64,000 nt of DNA, from positions 1,184,001 through 1,248,000 of the forward strand of contig CAWDVE010000010.1 in assembly GCA_963805625.1 (NCBI GenBank), written 5' to 3'. The notes under the pieces were generated by a model. The model saw only the letters and a list, made by a program, of their open reading frames with translations. It ran no database searches and was not told the origin of the DNA. The DNA comes from an uncultured Candidatus Rokubacteria bacterium. GTDB lineage: Bacteria > Methylomirabilota > Methylomirabilia > Rokubacteriales > DASRDR01. Shown one piece after another: positions 61,590 to 64,000 of the stretch. Position numbers and translations under genes: made by a program. How positions within the stretch are numbered: position 1 is the first letter of the stretch; each line of letters starts with the position of its first letter.

Positions 61590-62029
61590 ATGACCAGGGT
61601 GGCTTGGGTCCTCGTGGCCGGAGTGCTGGCATCCTGGTGACAAGCGGAGCGCCGCCGAAGGACGCCAGACTCGACACACCGGAGGACTTGGTCGCGTTTG
61701 CGCAACGCATGATGCTGGGCGACTCTCGACGATTCCGGATAGTAGAGTCTATGGCCGTTCGGGACTCCTCTCTGGGAGCGGACTGCGTCCGCTTCGACTC
61801 GACTCTCGAGGAACGCGACAACCCGAGAGCGCCGGGAGCCGTACTCGTCGTCGTCAACCGCGAGAACCATCTGTGCCGCCATCCGCACGCACGCTCGCCG
61901 ATGCTCGTTCTGTTTGGCGCCAGCGAACGGTATGTCCAGGGGGCCGTCAGTTCACCGCTCCTCTCGGACACCCTCAAGACACAGTGGGAACCGTCAGTGC
62001 GAAGCGTCCAGTTCCTGCGTCCGCGCTAG
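61590..62029 (+). pseudogene. Possible exported/lipoprotein gene, disrupted
   Basis: GAGGAGG-ATG signal peptide MTRVAWVLVAGVLASW ends in a stop. A coding-like frame continues out of frame to 62029; lower GC. Confidence 0.35.
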
Positions 62030-62175
62030 AGAGCCTAAACCACGCACGATCGTCAGCAGGCTGTCTCAGGCCTCATCGCCTTCGGCCCGGCTCTTCGGCC
62101 TGCCTGTCCCACGGGCCCGGGCTTGCGCCGCGCGGACGATCACCGGTCGAAGGGAGGAGCAGCCTGAAGGCGCCC

Positions 62176-62445
62176 TCAGACGGCGGCCGCGCCCGCCAGC
62201 GCGCACTGATGGTCCTGCTCCCCGGTGCCGCCTCCACAGCCGATCGCCCCGATGAAACGGTCCCCGACGACGATCGGGGCGCCGCCCGTGCTGGGCAGGA
62301 TCTCGCCCGGGACGAGGCCGGACAGGGAGTTCCAGAACAGCGAATGCTCCCGCGCCGCCGCGTCCTCGGGCCGGATCGGGCGTAGCCGCACCGCCGGGCC
62401 GTCGCGCAGGAGGACGGTCCGCCCGGGTTCCAGCGGGAGCCCTTC
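62176..62445 (-). pseudogene. Chimeric remnant: GNAT N-terminus joined to GlcG/HbpS heme-binding C-terminus
   Basis: LRDGPAVRLRPIRPED is followed directly by GGAPIVV...IGAIGCGGGTGEQDHQCALAG. Confidence 0.55.
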
Positions 62446-62462
62446 TCTGCCGGAAGCCGGTG

Positions 62463-63788
62463 CTACGCTCCCGGATATTCCTCGAACGAGCCGAACCGTC
62501 GGACGAGGGCGAGGTACTCCTCCCGCGAGAGCTTCGGCCCCGCCTCCGCCTTGACCCGGCGAGCCTCGCGGGCCCCGTCGAGGAGCAGATCGACGACGGT
62601 CATCGCCATCGCCTTGGCGGGATTGACTGCCGCCAGCACGTGGTCGACGACCACGTAGTCCGCGCCGTGGATCACGCCCTGCACGCCGCCCGCGCGCGGA
62701 TGCGCCTCGGGCATGATGAATCCCAGGTCGCCAACGTCTGTGGATCCGGTGGAGTGACGCGGCCGCCCCATGTTGGCCTCCCCGACGACGGCAGCGCAGT
62801 TGGCGCGCGTCAGGGCGACCAGGTTGGGATCCATCTGCTGGGGCAGGTAGCCCGGGATCGTCGTGATCTGGACCCGCGCCCCCATGGCCTGAGCCCCCGC
62901 GCGCAGGCTCCGGTCCACTTTCCGCGCCGCGTCGGCGATCGCTTCCACGGTCTTGCCGCGAACGAAGGTCTCGAGCCGCACGTCGGCCGGCACGGCGCTC
63001 ACCGCCTCGCCGCCCCGGGTCACGATCGGGTGGACGCGGATCGTGTCGTCGTCGCGGAACGTCTCGCGGTTGGCGTCGATGGCGTGGAGCGCGATCTGGG
63101 CGGCCTTGAGCGCGTTGATTCCGAGGTGCGGCGCGCTCCCGGCGTGGGCGCCCCGGCCCAGGAAGCGCATGAACTTCACGACGCAGCCGTTGTGCGTGTC
63201 TCCGACGCTCGCCAGGCCGTCCTCCGGGCGGGCGTTCGTATGGGTGATGATCGCCATGTCCACGTCGTCGAACTCTCCGAGCCGGATCAGCTCCGCCTTG
63301 CCCACGAGGAACTCGATCTGGCCCCGCTCCCGGAGGCCGAGGCGCCACTCCACCTCGATGTACTCCTCGGCGGGCACGGCGAAGAGCACCACGTCGCCAT
63401 CGAGCTCGTCCATGACGGCCTGGAGACCCATGCCGGCGCCGATCATCGACGCCACCTGGGCGTTGTGGCCGCACGCGTGGGCCGCACGTGTGTTCGGGTC
63501 CGCGAAGGGGTGCTCCCCGACGATCAGGGAGTCGAGCTCGCCGAGGACCGCGACGGTCGGGCCGCGCGAGCGGCCGCGGAGCCGGGTCTTCACCCCGGTG
63601 AGGGCCAGCCCTTCCCGGCACTCGAGCCCCATCCGGCGGAACCACCCCGCGACGAACTCGGCGGTGCGCACCTCGCGGTAGCCCGACTCGGGATGTTTCA
63701 TGATGTGCTCGCTGATCGCGACGATCTCGCCCTTCCTGCGGTCGATCGCGGCGCAAAGGCGCGCCTTCAGCTCCTCGGCAGTCGCCAT
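62463..63788 (-). CDS. M20 family amidohydrolase (AbgB/PM20D2-like)
   Basis: HPESGYRE, GELDSL, HACGHN, PAEE, AHAG..P..GINAL, GSTDVGD, IHG. Confidence 0.88.
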   Translation of the reverse strand: MATAEELKARLCAAIDRRKGEIVAISEHIMKHPESGYREVRTAEFVAGWFRRMGLECREGLALTGVKTRLRGRSRGPTVAVLGELDSLIVGEHPFADPNTRAAHACGHNAQVASMIGAGMGLQAVMDELDGDVVLFAVPAEEYIEVEWRLGLRERGQIEFLVGKAELIRLGEFDDVDMAIITHTNARPEDGLASVGDTHNGCVVKFMRFLGRGAHAGSAPHLGINALKAAQIALHAIDANRETFRDDDTIRVHPIVTRGGEAVSAVPADVRLETFVRGKTVEAIADAARKVDRSLRAGAQAMGARVQITTIPGYLPQQMDPNLVALTRANCAAVVGEANMGRPRHSTGSTDVGDLGFIMPEAHPRAGGVQGVIHGADYVVVDHVLAAVNPAKAMAMTVVDLLLDGAREARRVKAEAGPKLSREEYLALVRRFGSFEEYPGA

Positions 63789-63960
63789 CCGGCCTCCTCT
63801 GCCCGACGGGTTCGCCCGTCTGGACGCGAAGCGACGGTACACCACGGCCGTCGGGGGGAACAAGCGGCCGGACGAACGTGAACCGCCGAGGACCTCCGCC
63901 GCGGCCGTCTAGTCGGGTACACTCGGGCATGCGGTGACACGCCCGCGCGCGAGGAGACGC

Positions 63961-64000
63961 ATGGCACAGCGAAGGTTCCCGGTGCTCGTGGCAACCGACG
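63961..64000 (+). CDS. Start of probable universal stress protein (3'-truncated by window edge)
   Basis: GAGGAG RBS followed by MAQRRFPVLVATD (USP N-terminal strand motif). Confidence 0.5.
   Translation, partial: MAQRRFPVLVATD

Overview
Very GC-rich (roughly 70% by eye), gene-dense bacterial chromosome segment. I found no rRNA, tRNA, CRISPR array, integrase or transposase. The gene repertoire resembles uncultured soil lineages such as Ca. Rokubacteria (weak inference). Main blocks: (1) a phosphonate catabolic operon phnW-phnA-GcvT-type demethylase-Nudix; (2) a DUF3109/two ATP-grasp ligase/KamA radical-SAM cluster; (3) an ECF sigma factor translationally coupled to a zinc-finger anti-sigma/O6-methylguanine methyltransferase/Ada zinc-finger fusion, with an identical TTTCAC-N17-GTCT promoter-like motif upstream of the sigma gene and upstream of two small downstream genes (best candidate for an undescribed system); (4) molybdopterin oxidoreductase, LPS-related GT9/PAP2 and malQ; (5) a PhoR/PhoB-like pair and pdxR-pdxS-pdxT; (6) TPP riboswitch-cytX plus a CUT1 ABC transporter; (7) an amphi-Trp-phoB-pstSCAB-phoU / ppx-ppk1 locus with 11-bp periodic Pho-box-like repeats; (8) TPP riboswitch-thiD-thiE-thiO-thiS-thiG-tenI; (9) FAD oxidase-comDE-like decarboxylase; (10) CYTH-CHAD, DUF3500, a Tat intradiol dioxygenase and LigAB. 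An unusual number of genes are frameshifted or are internal-deletion chimeras. All calls come from motif recognition by eye; no database searches were run.
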